A program made the translations under genes and the position numbers. A DNA stretch of 64,000 nt, taken from the NCBI GenBank assembly GCA_000934665.2, contig KZ538367.1, positions 1 to 64,000 on the forward strand, written 5' to 3'. The DNA is from Catajapyx aquilonaris (lineage: Eukaryota). Position 1 is the first letter of the stretch. The number at the start of each line of letters is the position of its first letter. Shown here in pieces: positions 28,238 to 40,473 of this stretch. Under the pieces are notes generated by a model. The model saw only the letters and a list, made by a program, of their open reading frames with translations, was not told the DNA's origin and made no database searches.

Positions 28238-30472
28238 TCAGGGCAGAAAGGGATGTCGGACGACTCGGACGGACGAGCGTCGTCGTCGACGACAGTGCTG
28301 TCGGAGAAGGTGCTGGAGGTGCTCCAGGAGGAACCCGGCCAGGCTCACCACCCACCCGGACACCACCAGGGCGCACGGGCCGTACAGCTTCTTCGTCGTC
28401 AGGGGCCTCGCCTCCTCCTCCCCGTCGTCGCCTCCACCGTCGTGGTCGTCGTTGTAGTCGTCGTCGATCTGTTGACGAGAGCGGAGTCGAATTCGCCTGA
28501 GGGCCTCCATCATGTTTGCTAGCTTTAAGAAGTGCGTCCACTTCATCAGCATGCCATTCTCGATCAGGGTTCTGGCGATCCGATCGCAGGTGAGTCTGGC
28601 CACGTTGTCCTTGGCGAAGGAGAGGCCGGAGATGACGGGGAGGGCCAGCTCGGTCTTGTCGTTCAGGAGGAGGCGGCCGGAGGAGTCGATCTGCTGGTAC
28701 ACGTGGGGCTCCATCAGGATGCTGGTCCCCAGGCAGGCTGCTCTGCCAGGGAGGCACTTCTCCAGGCACTCGCCGAAGGTCGCCTGGGAGGTCGCCTTCC
28801 GCACGACGGCCTGGTGCAAGGGGAGGTCTCCGGCCTGGCTCACCACCGAGTACACCACGCTGTTCATGAACTCCACGTTGATGTCGTAGCCCGAGTCCAG
28901 GAGATCCCGGAAGGAGTACGGGAGACGCTCCCTCCTGGGGACTGCCACGAAGGAGAAGACCATCTCCTGGTAGCCGCAGGTCAGGACCATGGAGGTGAAC
29001 AGCCAGAAGCAGAGGAACATGCGGAAGGAGTCGGGTCTGGGAACCTCCTTGTTGGGCACCTGCTCCACCAGGACACGGGAGCAGAAGGACACGCACTCCA
29101 ACAGGGTCCTCTTCACCCCGGTGGTGGACGGGGAGGAACAGTCCATCCTCATCGTCCTCTGCTGTCGGGTGTAGGCGATTGAGAGGAGCCAGTGGCAGAC
29201 GAGGGAGGACAAGAGGGTTCCGAAGAGGATGAGGGCCCAGACGGAGGGCTGGTAGGGCCACCAGATGGTCTGCCAGGACCAGACGGGCCTGGCGGTGCCT
29301 GTGACGAAGGTGAACCCGGTGTATATGGTGGGGAAGAGGTAGTTGAAGTGGGTCATGGCGTCGGGGCTGTAGAAGGCCAGGGGGACGAAGTCGCCCTTGC
29401 CCTTCATCACCTCCCCTGGGTAGCCTATCCAGGACCCGTTGCCCATCCGGCTTTTAAGGAACTCATCCACGGTCACGTCCATGTTGTAACTGTGGGATGT
29501 GCAGTTCAACGCTTTGGAGGCATACAGGGTCAGGGCTTCGTACATGTTTATGCTGACGTGACCTTCCTTGCGAACCCTCTCCTCCAGTTCGGGCGAAGAG
29601 AGTTTCATGTGAAAAGGAAACATCAGCACACGACCGTTCATGTCTCTGGTCATGTCCGGAAAGACGACGTCCCTTCGAGACACGTCCAGTCCAGCAGGGA
29701 ATGGCCCCAGGAAGAGGTTCCCTGGCCTCCCTCCCTCCCTGCAGAAGAAGCAGGCGGTGTGCAGGTGGAGGACTGCAGCTGGCCTCGAAGTGTTGCTTCC
29801 ACGACGGTGCTGGGCGACGTGGACGGCCAGCTTGAACTTGAGTCCCCTTGCCAGCTGGCTCCCCTGCAGGAGATCCTCCACCGCCGCCGCCGTGGTCCCC
29901 TCTCCACCACCACTCCAGAGGACGAAGTAGTCCTGGTCCATCTGCATGGACCAGGTGTAGGCGGAGAAGACCGCGGCCCTGGTCACCCTGTCGTCGAGGG
30001 TCGGATGAGTGATGGGAGAGGAGACCAGATGCAAGGCGCACTCTCCCAGCTTCCTCCTCCTCTCGAACCGGTCCCACAGGTCACGGACTGACCTCTTATT
30101 ATTCGTGCGACCCTCCGATGACCCATCATCGGGGAAGGGAGCAAAGTGGCTCGGGACGAGGAGGGCGGAGGACAGGCGGTACGACAGGTGCATCCTGGAG
30201 AGGAGTCTCTGGTACGGGAGGGGCATCAGGGTCATCCGGTCATTGGGTCCACCTGCTGGGTCGTGGGTCAGGACCAGGCTGCATCGAGGGAGGGTCTTCT
30301 CCAGAAGGGTGGTCATCAGGTCAGCCAGCAGGGCGTGTTCTTGGCCGTCATCGTCGTCACTTGGTGTCGCTAAGTTTGTTTTTACATTTATCATCGTACT
30401 GGCCACCCCGACCAGAAGCACCAACGCCACTAGGAATAATGTCTTCAGGAAATCCTTAGCGCAGCACTTCAT
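28238..30472 (-). CDS. Divergent ionotropic receptor, intronless, 744 aa; tandem paralog of 24281-26335
   Basis: Signal peptide (FLKTLFLVALVLLVGVAS), NGSWIGYPGEVMKGKGD, PVWSWQTIWWPYQPSVW, VLVEQVPN, FRMFLCFWLFTSMVLTCGYQEMVFSFVAVP, IENGML and PLTTKKLYGPC. Confidence 0.93.
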   Translation of the reverse strand: MKCCAKDFLKTLFLVALVLLVGVASTMINVKTNLATPSDDDDGQEHALLADLMTTLLEKTLPRCSLVLTHDPAGGPNDRMTLMPLPYQRLLSRMHLSYRLSSALLVPSHFAPFPDDGSSEGRTNNKRSVRDLWDRFERRRKLGECALHLVSSPITHPTLDDRVTRAAVFSAYTWSMQMDQDYFVLWSGGGEGTTAAAVEDLLQGSQLARGLKFKLAVHVAQHRRGSNTSRPAAVLHLHTACFFCREGGRPGNLFLGPFPAGLDVSRRDVVFPDMTRDMNGRVLMFPFHMKLSSPELEERVRKEGHVSINMYEALTLYASKALNCTSHSYNMDVTVDEFLKSRMGNGSWIGYPGEVMKGKGDFVPLAFYSPDAMTHFNYLFPTIYTGFTFVTGTARPVWSWQTIWWPYQPSVWALILFGTLLSSLVCHWLLSIAYTRQQRTMRMDCSSPSTTGVKRTLLECVSFCSRVLVEQVPNKEVPRPDSFRMFLCFWLFTSMVLTCGYQEMVFSFVAVPRRERLPYSFRDLLDSGYDINVEFMNSVVYSVVSQAGDLPLHQAVVRKATSQATFGECLEKCLPGRAACLGTSILMEPHVYQQIDSSGRLLLNDKTELALPVISGLSFAKDNVARLTCDRIARTLIENGMLMKWTHFLKLANMMEALRRIRLRSRQQIDDDYNDDHDGGGDDGEEEARPLTTKKLYGPCALVVSGWVVSLAGFLLEHLQHLLRQHCRRRRRSSVRVVRHPFLP

Positions 30473-33400
30473 TTTCAGTCTTTGTTCAGTGGGTCAGACC
30501 TGTCCACTTACTCTGTCAACTCTGACTGAATTTTATCACCTACGCACTGGGAACGGAAAAGTGTTATTAACTGCTCAATTATTCATTATAGCTATTCCCT
30601 CCAAGATTGACATTAACTTGTAAGCTAGGATTTCAAGCCATATTGATTAGAGTACATTAATACCGAAGTCTGCATACCTAGGATCAGATAAACGGCTTTG
30701 GCCTTGGCTAAATAGCAATTATTGGCAAGTACGACATATTGGCAAGTTATAATTATGCTCGGCCCACTTACCTTTCAACATTTCAACATTGAGCAAACGA
30801 CAGACCCGTACCAAATACTGCGCAAGTGTTTTGAACAATTCAGATCAAAGTTCTATCAATTAAAATTAATAATGTACTCCATTATATGTTTGGCATATAC
30901 CGCATCACACGACCAGATGTTTTGATTCAATTTTTACACAACCTGGGAAATGTAGCCTACTAGGATCACATTCCGCATAGCTTATTGAATGGTGGTACAC
31001 TCGGGGCAACAGCAGCTTCTTTTTTTAAATAAAATATTTTGTCTAAGCCGCTTAATTTAAAAGAGTAACTTTTGCAAAGTTTGTTACGTATGTATAGTAT
31101 TTAGTGCACCGTGTAGGCTACTGTGCGGCATGCACTAGTCGGCCAAACGTGATGTAAGAGAAGTCGAGGGATCGCTTATCCGGCCTGAGAAATGACGGTT
31201 ATGAGCCTCATTGCGTTAAGTAGCAAAATGCTTGCCAAGAGTCCCAATCAGGAGAATGTGTCCACATGCGCATACTGCATAATATGGAGTCTTTTCCTGG
31301 ATAACTCCACTGCAATCCAATTGGAGTTCGTTACCGGTTCATGGCGCAATTATATACTAAGCCAGCAGTATGTTGCACGCCCTCTAACTGCCTCATTTTG
31401 CTGTGTAGGCCTATGTACATGGTGTCTCCGCATCGTGGGAGGAGGTTTATGCAACGTGTGACAAAGAAGAGGTAATGGTCATCTGACTGTCTTCATTAAC
31501 AGGATCACGCTGCGCATCATTGTACCCATTACCATCTCAACTATATTACTTGTACATACTGTGCCCCATTATAACCAACGAGCACACTTGGCAAGTCCTT
31601 AGGATGGCTTAAAGACAGGTATTAGTGTAAACAATAGCAGGTTCCCTATATAAGAAACAATAACAAATAATGACAGCTGCTGTTTATTATTATATAGTGT
31701 TGTTGTTGGGCCGTAGTAAAATAAGTAGGCTACAGAGTGTTTCATGAGGTGTGTTTTTTAGCCATTGATGGTGGATTTGCTTTATGTCAGAGAGGTTTCG
31801 GAAGCGTCATCATTACCGAGGACGTTGGCTATTTGCCTTCATCCATGACGAATGAAATATCATGACAGGCATTCACAGTATAACCTGCCTTTTTAAGTTT
31901 AAAAAAATACGTGTAAGTGCTTACTTGGCCGTTTTTATTATTTTCAGGTTTCGTACTTTTGTAGGATGTAGTCTAGTTGACAGCTATCAAGATCATCTTT
32001 CCTCGCCCAGTCGTCCCTGTATCACAGTTAAATAAACAATCAAAATCCTACTGGCTGCGGAACTCTCTGATGATCTCTTCGCCAATGCCGTGACAGAACG
32101 AAAAATGCGACAGAGTATAATTGGACACTATTTTCATTATATTCTCAGGCAAATAAAATTATACGATGGTAATAGGGTCGCAAATAGAGTTTATAGAGGT
32201 CCAATAATGTAAATTTATGACTCCTCCTGCAATAATCGTTCAACGTCGGGATAATCTTCGGGTAATAATAAGGGATAGGTGACAGCATCACTATTGGCCA
32301 AAAAGTGAAACTTTTCAGTTCTCTGCTTGGATTGTCCTTGTGTCCTCACAACTTAAATGATAATGATTTTCTGGATTCGGCCAATTCGTATGCTTCAGTA
32401 TTGCTCTTGTTGATTCAGTTTTTGGCCCAATCCACTCCATTACGCGGGATATAATGATTATAATCACACGTCAGTTTGGCTGTTTCACTGATTCCTAACC
32501 CAAGCGAATAATGTCGCGGAGGAATATATGACGGGGCTATATAGAGACAACCAAACTAGCACGTACGCCTGTTTGTTGTGTGGAAGAGATCGAGTGTGCT
32601 CCCTACATACACTCGACGGAAGTATGTGACATGATTGTGCTGCAAAATGTTGCGTAAATAATTAACTTGTTCGTGCTAACCCCATCACGTGATGCTGGCT
32701 ATATACGTATGACGGTGTATGCCACTGTAAAAACATGTTCTGTTTGCCATTTGTATGCCATTTGATCATTTCTCTGTTTCAGTGGAGGCTCATGTGAATG
32801 ATGTGAAAGGCTGCATGTAGCCACTTTTTCATCTTCAGATAATAAACAAACAAACCGGAATCTACCAAAACAACACACGCAGCAACTATTGAACTGCAAC
32901 AATAGTGCCAGCATGTTATGGCAGGCATTTTGTACTACTTACTTTTGTCATTGTTGTTTCCGTTTTCCCCTGCAAACCACTCACTGTGGTGACTTGTATT
33001 TGTTTAATTAATATCCTGTGGGAATAACGAGAGTATATACTGTATAGCCTGTCCCTGCTGGGATGCCTTATCTTCATCCTGCGACATTCAAGTCCTTCGT
33101 CATACGCCAGCATAATAGGGGTACAGTACTACTTTATACAGTGATGCTGACGGGGGTGAGAGAGGGGGAGATTAGATGATGGAGAGAGGGAGAGGGGATG
33201 GGAGATAGGAAGAGAGAGAGATAACTGACTAATTGAAGAAGAAAGCCCGTCGCTAATTGAGAGGTCCTCACTGATGGACATTGGCTCTTCATGCAGGTAG
33301 TACCCTTTGCACATTGTCCATACGGCAAGCACAACTTTTCTGACATGTAAGTAGGCCTACAGTATACGTATAGAGTAGGCTAGATGTACATAACGTGCTG

Positions 33401-34129
33401 TGTAAGTACATCGTGACGAACTAACGGAACACTGAAGTGGCATTATCAACACCCGGCCCAAGCAAGCCCCACCTTGTAATTTACTCTAACAAGATATGGG
33501 TCAAATTGCTTTGGAATTATTCTCTTTGTCGCAGACATACTCTGCCGTTTCCCCACGAGCTTTTTTACTGTCCTGAAACCTTACAGGCAGATGCTTAGAT
33601 AACAGTGTATAAAGCAGACCCATAATGAGGAACCTATATTGCAGAACTAGCTGGGATTTATCCTTGGATTTATCGATAGGCTATAATATATTTTATTATT
33701 ATTGTAGGCTACCACATTTTCAGTCGTACATAGTATTCCCAGAGTATTCCATTCAGCCGATTTCGTGTCGCCCAGAAGGTTCGTGTTGTATTGTAGCCTA
33801 CACCTGTACCGTTCCTATACAGAGATGGTGTATGAGACTATGAGTGACGTTAATCAAATAGGGCAGCCCCAACAATTCCCAATTTTTGTCTATCCAGCAA
33901 GTTCACCTGGGTAAACTAGGCCACGAAATAATGTCAAATAACTTCAACTTGCTAGCCTCCTGCTGATGTTCATTAGGACGCGGTTTTATTTTGTAACCAA
34001 TATATACAGTCTCAATCATGTGCTGCAACAAAGTGGTGTGTATAGAATGAAACAGTCAAACTGCGCCCGTTGAATGAAAATAATGGATTATACTCGGTGT
34101 ATATACGCACGGATGTGTGATATCGTACA

Positions 34130-34391
34130 CTCACTCACTCACTCACTCGCTGGCTGAGCTATAGGCAAAAACGACCTTCGCTCGTTTGGCCTGCAAGAGA
34201 AACTGCCGTTCAGTTGAGTGAAAGTTGACCACCGGAGCTGGCTCTCTTGGCTCGGCTCTCTCTCTCTTCTCTTATTAGACACCTTTATTATTCCATCATC
34301 ACCAACTAGCTCGACATCAACCTGCATACGACTCCGCAACTTCACGTGCCACACACGCATGCACGTGAGGCCTCATCGAATCTCCGGCCGG
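34130..34391 (+). promoter_or_regulatory. Probable TSS region and non-coding first exon of the SLC17 gene
   Basis: A (CTCA)n run gives repeated Inr-like TCACTC at about 34130-34148, and there is a strong donor CGG|GTAAGA at 34391/34392. The SLC17 ATG exon begins with an acceptor (tttttgcag at 36513), so an upstream exon is required. Confidence 0.5.
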
Positions 34392-36529
34392 GTAAGAAAT
34401 CAGTGTTTCGAGTGACTCTATGTTATAATCGTGTGATGTCGGAACATATGGAAGCTGTACCAACCGAGTCACCATCATCACTCTGATGATAGACTGTGGG
34501 TTGTTTTCAAAGGGAGAAAAAGTGGTAGTGTTGACAGCTATAGGACGTGTGTGTGCGGGCGTATACGTGTATGGTATAATAATTTCTTGTGTAACTTCCT
34601 ATTTTGACATTACGAGTAGACATCAGCAGATTAGTGTCCGTGTGTGTCACACAAATTGATAACCTTGCGGGGTTTTGGAGCCAAGTAGTGGACCAATCGT
34701 GTCTCTTGCTGCCACCACCCCTACCAGCAACCCACTCGCGACAACAAACACTATCTTTTCTGCTGACTATACGAAAATCCAGTCTGCTTCTCAGCATCTC
34801 CAGCACCAGAAGACCTCGGAGGAAAATATATTCGGGAGGAAAGTAGGTGCTAAAATAATTATACCATTCGCGCAAGTTTTACCATTCGGAGGTGTCAACT
34901 CTGCATCAGGCATGTATATATGTCTCAGACGCACTTGTTGTTTTTCCGCTAGGAAATTATTCCCGTTTGCATATTTCCTGCGACGCCGCCGGATGCTAAT
35001 GAACGTACGAATCGCGTTCATATAAACAAGCAGCATGTTTTGGAAAAAGTCGAGAGGGGAAATCAGCTCTTATCTCGAACTGCGCATTCACAAGCTTCCC
35101 GCAGCAATAATAATTATGCACACACAATGGAGTTACGAGAATTGTTAATAGTCGTTAAATGGAGGGGAAACGGGGGCAGTGCTGTGTGGGCTGCTGCATG
35201 TGCAATTTCCCGCAAATCCCAACTTTTTTATAAAAAAATCCGCTACTGAATAAGCCATTTCACGTGTCTTGAATGCCACCAACTACAACAGTGCGCCTCT
35301 GCTTTGTTATGGTCGCATGATCCGTCATATTTACTCGCGTGCTATTGTTATAATGTAACAATCTGTGACTGAATATTTTCATGCTTAGTAGTGCTTGAAA
35401 TAATATGCCCATAACTCACAAGTCACCATTTTCACGTATACTTGATATGCACTACTTGCAGTTATAGCACATTTGATGGCCTTATGACTAGTATGGCATC
35501 CATTGTCCTGTGCATGGCCGTTCGCTGTCTAGTTCAAGTCTCGAGTTCAAGAAGAAGTAAGGGAGATAATTATTTAGAGATTATATACATTTTCTAGTCC
35601 AGTTGCACCAGTCGGTTGGAAGCAACAATCACTTGCTGTGATTGTTGCTATAGGGTGCAAAATGGGCACTCTCCTGAGATAGCCCCATCTTATTATACTG
35701 AAAGAATTGGGGCAGTGAACAACCCTGTAAAAACATGCTAAAAATATGGCAATCTCGTCGCGTCATGGAGGAATATTTTTACTTCGTGGCGCTCAAAATA
35801 ATAGTGTGGTGTACACAGTACTAACCTATTCGACCTCTTTTTGAACCTTGGATTTAGATGATTTCATCTACGAATCCTATTACAAAAATAATTCTCAATC
35901 GCTAGTTGGAGGCAAGGTCGCAGTCGGTTTGCATAATTGCTTATAAATAAAGCATCTTTTTCTTTCACGCACTCGTACGAAAAAAAATGTAGAAAAAAAA
36001 ACTGTATGGCACGTTGCTGCCAAGAATATTTTTCCTAATGAGTGGGAATTATCCGAATGTCGCTTTTGCCGTTTTTGGCGTGATGGATTCCGTAAAGGCC
36101 ACGAGATAATCACGCATTATTTTTTTGCACTATACGTGAAACAGAAACCGTGAATGCATAATGTACGGAGAATGCAAATCTACATTGGGCGGGTTCTATA
36201 TACGAATAAGTGTATAACACACGAGTTTCAGCCAAGTTGTTTAGGTGACCTCTCCTTGAATCCTAGATGCCTGAGTCGCAGTATATAAGAGTGGTCAAAC
36301 CAGCACGTGCTTTTATCGCCAGAGGCACGTGCGGTCGTGTAACTACTGCCGATTGACCACACGTGTGTGCGGTTAGGTGGGGTGCGAAGTACCGCGCCCA
36401 GCTCATTCCTATAATAATTAATGATATGCAGCATGACATACCACGTGTACTCATGCAATACGCACGTCGTTGCTATATACCACTTAATGTTGATTTGTTA
36501 TTATTTTTTGCAGCACCACCCATTCCGAT

Positions 36530-39500
36530 ATGAAGCCGAATTCGCCCATTGAAGAGGAGAGCTATTCGGACAGACCTCCATGTAAATATAAAGATAATAA
36601 ACGCTTAATTGCATAGCCCATTTGATGCAGACATCCGGCCCAGTCGATTTATATAGGCGGAAGCAATCACAGCAGATAACAATGAAATGTCACTTCTTCG
36701 TGGTATAGTGCTACGAAATTTCCGGAAATGCGACAATCCGAGATGCAATTGAGCGAATTTTTGTATAATAATAATCACATGGAGAAGTTGTCATCGTCAA
36801 TAATAATATGAGAATGATATATGAATGTATTGGCAGCATGCATCGGTGTGCGTCACCTGATAGTCCTGATGAACTTTTTCGGCGTGTTTCTGGCGTACGC
36901 CCTGCGAGTGAATTTGTCTGTGGCCATCGTGGCCATGGTGAATCACACGTCCACAGGGAACCACAGCGACTTCCACTCGCAGTGTCCCGCCACCGACAAC
37001 GCCACTGCTGCAGCCGACGTGTCTGCGATGCCAACGGTCAGTGCAGGTGATGTGCCAAGTGACTGCCAATCTTTTATTAACGGCGTTCTTCTTGCTTATT
37101 ATCCCCTAGGAGAGCGGTGAGTTCGAGTGGGACGAGGAGAAGCAAGGGGTGATCCTGGGGGCCTTCTTCTGGGGCTACACCCTGACCCAGATCCCAGGTG
37201 GCATCCTGGCAGAGAAGTACGGAAGCAAGCTCTTCGTCGGCTGTGGTCTGCTGGTCACCGCCATCTGCACCTACCTCACCCCAGTCGCAGCCAGGGCAGG
37301 AGGGTACGCGGCCATGGTCGCCATCAGGGTCCTCGGGGGTCTCGGAGAAGTATACATACATACATACACGCACAATTATTAAGCTTAAGAATCGTGGTGC
37401 CCATAACCATCACTGTTGATGGAAAGAATATACTTAGACCTCCGTGTGCTTGTGGGCAGGGTTTATTAGGTAAAGATCTAGTCACATTCACAGCAGGCTG
37501 TGTTGAAATTGGATTCGGCCTCCTATTATTCATGGTGAAACGTACAGATGTAATACAGTATGAGATGTTCCCCCTGAAAGTATAGTTCGGTGCCTTTGCC
37601 ATCGGGTGAATTTTCTTCCAAGTCAATGCTCTCGACTTTATCGTCAACGGACTGTTGCATAAAGTCGCATGAAGTTGTCTGGAAGCTATTCATTGAACTC
37701 CTGCGCCTACAGTAGGCTATTACTCTTTGCACAACACGATTTGAAATGAATGCCTCAATTCAAATCTAAGATTAACATTTTCATGAGAGCTGACTGCTAT
37801 AATATATATTATCCGTTTTATTGTGACCGGCGACAATAACAAGTCTTGTAAACACGTATAAAAGTTAGGAGTTCACTATTCTGAACTTCTTGTTGACATT
37901 ACTATATTATGGTGAGCTGGAAAAGGATAAAGAAAAGCATAATTATCAGAATAGCAATCATGGTGTCCGTTTAAAAAATTGCAATAGGAATAGTATGTAG
38001 CCTACTGTATAGGTTGCAGTCCACAATTTTCCTTGGAGTCAAATTTTGATCAAAACGACAATATATTCTGATCGTTTATAATGATTCTGATTTTTTTTTT
38101 CAGGGCGTGATGTTTCCTGCCATCCACTCTCTTCTGTCTCACTGGTCTCCGCCGAAAGAAAGGAGCAGGATGTTCTCTCTTTCTTATGCTGGTAAGTTGG
38201 ACTTTATTTGAAACACGAATGAAGAATGCATGGCTTGATGTTCTACAGCATGTTGTCCGGCGATGTATTTTGTGTCAGTTCGGAAGGTGTAGAATATTGC
38301 TCTTGATTGTGTGTGCTATGGCATGGTTGCAGGCACGTTTGCAGCTCCGGTGGTGACCCTTCCGGTGTGTGGTTACCTGGCGGCCAGCAACTTCTTGGGC
38401 GGATGGCCGTCCATCTTCTACGTGTTCGGCACCGTCGCCGTCGTATGGTTCGTCCTCTGGATGGCCACCGTCTACAACAGCCCCGCGGAGCACCCATTCA
38501 TTCCAGAAGCAGAGAAGATGTACATACTCAACTCCCTCGGGGGTCAAGCCAGCATTAAGGTGAGTACTGTAGTATACATCATGCATTATATTATATCATC
38601 AGAGACGTGATCTGCTCGTTTTACAATAAATAATTTGTCGTTGAATGATCAGAAGCCGTCCCCTCCTTGGAGGAAGATCTGGACGTCTCTTCCGATGTGG
38701 TCAATTCTGTTGGTCCACACTGGTCACAACTGGTTCTTCTACACCCTCCTGACGGAGATGCCCACATACATGAAGAACATCCTCCGGTTCAACACCAAAA
38801 GCGTTTGTCCCCGTCTTTGCCTCTTATTCTTTCTGCTCATATTGTGCCATATGATCAGAGCATGTGTATTATTCCTGCATGGTCATAACTGTACTATGTA
38901 TTTCCCCCCTTTCTGTTCATCGCCAGAGTGGTCTGTGGTCGTCCTTGCCCTTTCTGGCCATGTGGGTGTCGTCAGTCACAGCAGGGTTCGTCGCTGACTG
39001 GGTCATCGGGAAGAAGTACCTCTCAACCACCAACACCAGGAAAACAGCCAACGTTGTAGGTACGTTGTTGTATCAATGACAAAAAAGACAGTCGTATCCG
39101 ACGTTACATCCTGCATTGCATGTGTTAGATGTGTCGCAGTCTGCATTTCGTTTCATCATGGATAATAATAGCCGTTTTGTCCAGGCCACTTGATTCCTGC
39201 TGCGTTCCTGATCGCTGCTGGTTACACTGGCTGCAATGCCATGCTGACGGTGGGCTTCCTGACTGCGGCGGTGGGCACCAACGGACTGTCCAGGGTGGGC
39301 TACGAGATGAACCACCTGGATCTCTCCAGGCACTTTGCAGGAGTCCTCATGGGCATCACCAACTGCGTCGCCAACGTCCCCGGCATCCTGGCACCATTCG
39401 CAGTCGGATACCTCACCAACAATTCTGTCAGATATCATCTTTTTTCCCCCCTTTATAATATACGTATTATCCAGGTCACAGCACACGCCAACTGAACTGA

Positions 39501-39771
39501 TTTCTATTATCTTTTCCTCCACCAGCAAACATTCCAGCAGTGGAGGATAGTGTTCTACATATCGGCTGCTGCTGCTGTGCTTCCAGTCCTCTTCTACGTG
39601 ATATTCGGGTCTGGAGAGAGACAGGAGTGGGACTACGTTGAGGGAGAAGTAGAAGAACCACCACCGTCGTCGTCGCCCATGCCCCTCCATCAGAACGGTT
39701 CAAAGGCGGCGTCCAACGGCGTCGACAAAGACAGAGGAGACGGCACAAGGACAGTGTCCAGCAGACTCTAA
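36530..39771 (+). CDS. SLC17 family (sialin/vesicular glutamate/Na-phosphate cotransporter-like) MFS anion transporter, 9 coding exons
   Basis: Exons 36530-36581, 36837-37036, 37110-37349, 38104-38191, 38333-38559, 38653-38802, 38927-39059, 39185-39426 and 39526-39771. Motifs: YALRVNLSVAIVAMVN, FEWDEEKQGVILGAFFWGYTLTQIPGG, WSPPKERSR, GGWPSIFYVFG, LLTEMPTYM, NHLDLSRHFAGVLMGITN. Confidence 0.95.
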
Positions 39772-40188
39772 TAAGCAACGATTTTTAGCCTTTTTATTGC
39801 GTGACGCCGGGATTTCCCATCTGCCGAAGAGAGACCAGCTCTACTATGATATTAAAATATATATAGCCCCAAGACGTTGACCTGACGTACGCCATGTCGC
39901 GAATGACGAAGGCAAGACGCCGGATGTGTGTATACATAACAGAATGTGTTGCCAAACATTTTTTTATCCCTCTTGTATAGCACTGTCGTAATTCTGTTCA
40001 AGTGTGCTTCTCGAGTGCGCTCTGTGAGAGAAAGATGGACAATAAATGCATGGGTGTTAATAACGAAGGACTGGTCGTGTTTTCCATTATTATGTTCCTT
40101 GTTATATGATGAGTGTTGTGTGTGCAGTACTTTAACTATAATGAGATGGACCCAGAGGTATGTTTGTATTAGGCGCTCGTGACGCCCT

Positions 40189-40310
40189 GTCACGTGATGA
40201 GAAGATGGCTTCCGGTGCCTGCGCCAAGAAAGAACCTAGGCTGCCCCCCAGCGCCGCCAGTCGTCCGCCGGGTGCAAGCAACGGTCATGTGACGGAAGAA
40301 GTGACGTCAC
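40189..40310 (+). promoter_or_regulatory. Dynein heavy chain proximal promoter motifs
   Basis: E-box palindrome TCACGTGA (40190-40197), YY1-like AAGATGGC (40202-40209) and CRE palindrome GTGACGTCAC (40301-40310), all within 300 bp upstream of ATG 40474. Confidence 0.5.
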
Positions 40311-40473
40311 GCCAGCCAGAGGGGTGTTGGCTAGTCTCTGGTCACCTACCTTTCTGTTCTGTTTCGAGGTCACAACCTCTCTCTCTCTCTGTTGGTTTGA
40401 CCTTTTGACCCAGCGAGTAGTAGAAGGCAGAGGAGGGCAGGGTCCGTCCCACCCACACAGACAGACGGACACC

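Noticed and set aside
28212..30623. Long overlapping and antisense ORFs over the IR genes (and likewise over dynein)
   Set aside because: These are shadow ORFs expected from GC-rich third positions, with no recognisable motifs.
33134..33346. Cys-spaced peptide CLPYGQCAKGTTCMKSQC on the minus strand
   Set aside because: Too short, runs into a low-complexity CT tract, and has no signal peptide or coherent gene model.
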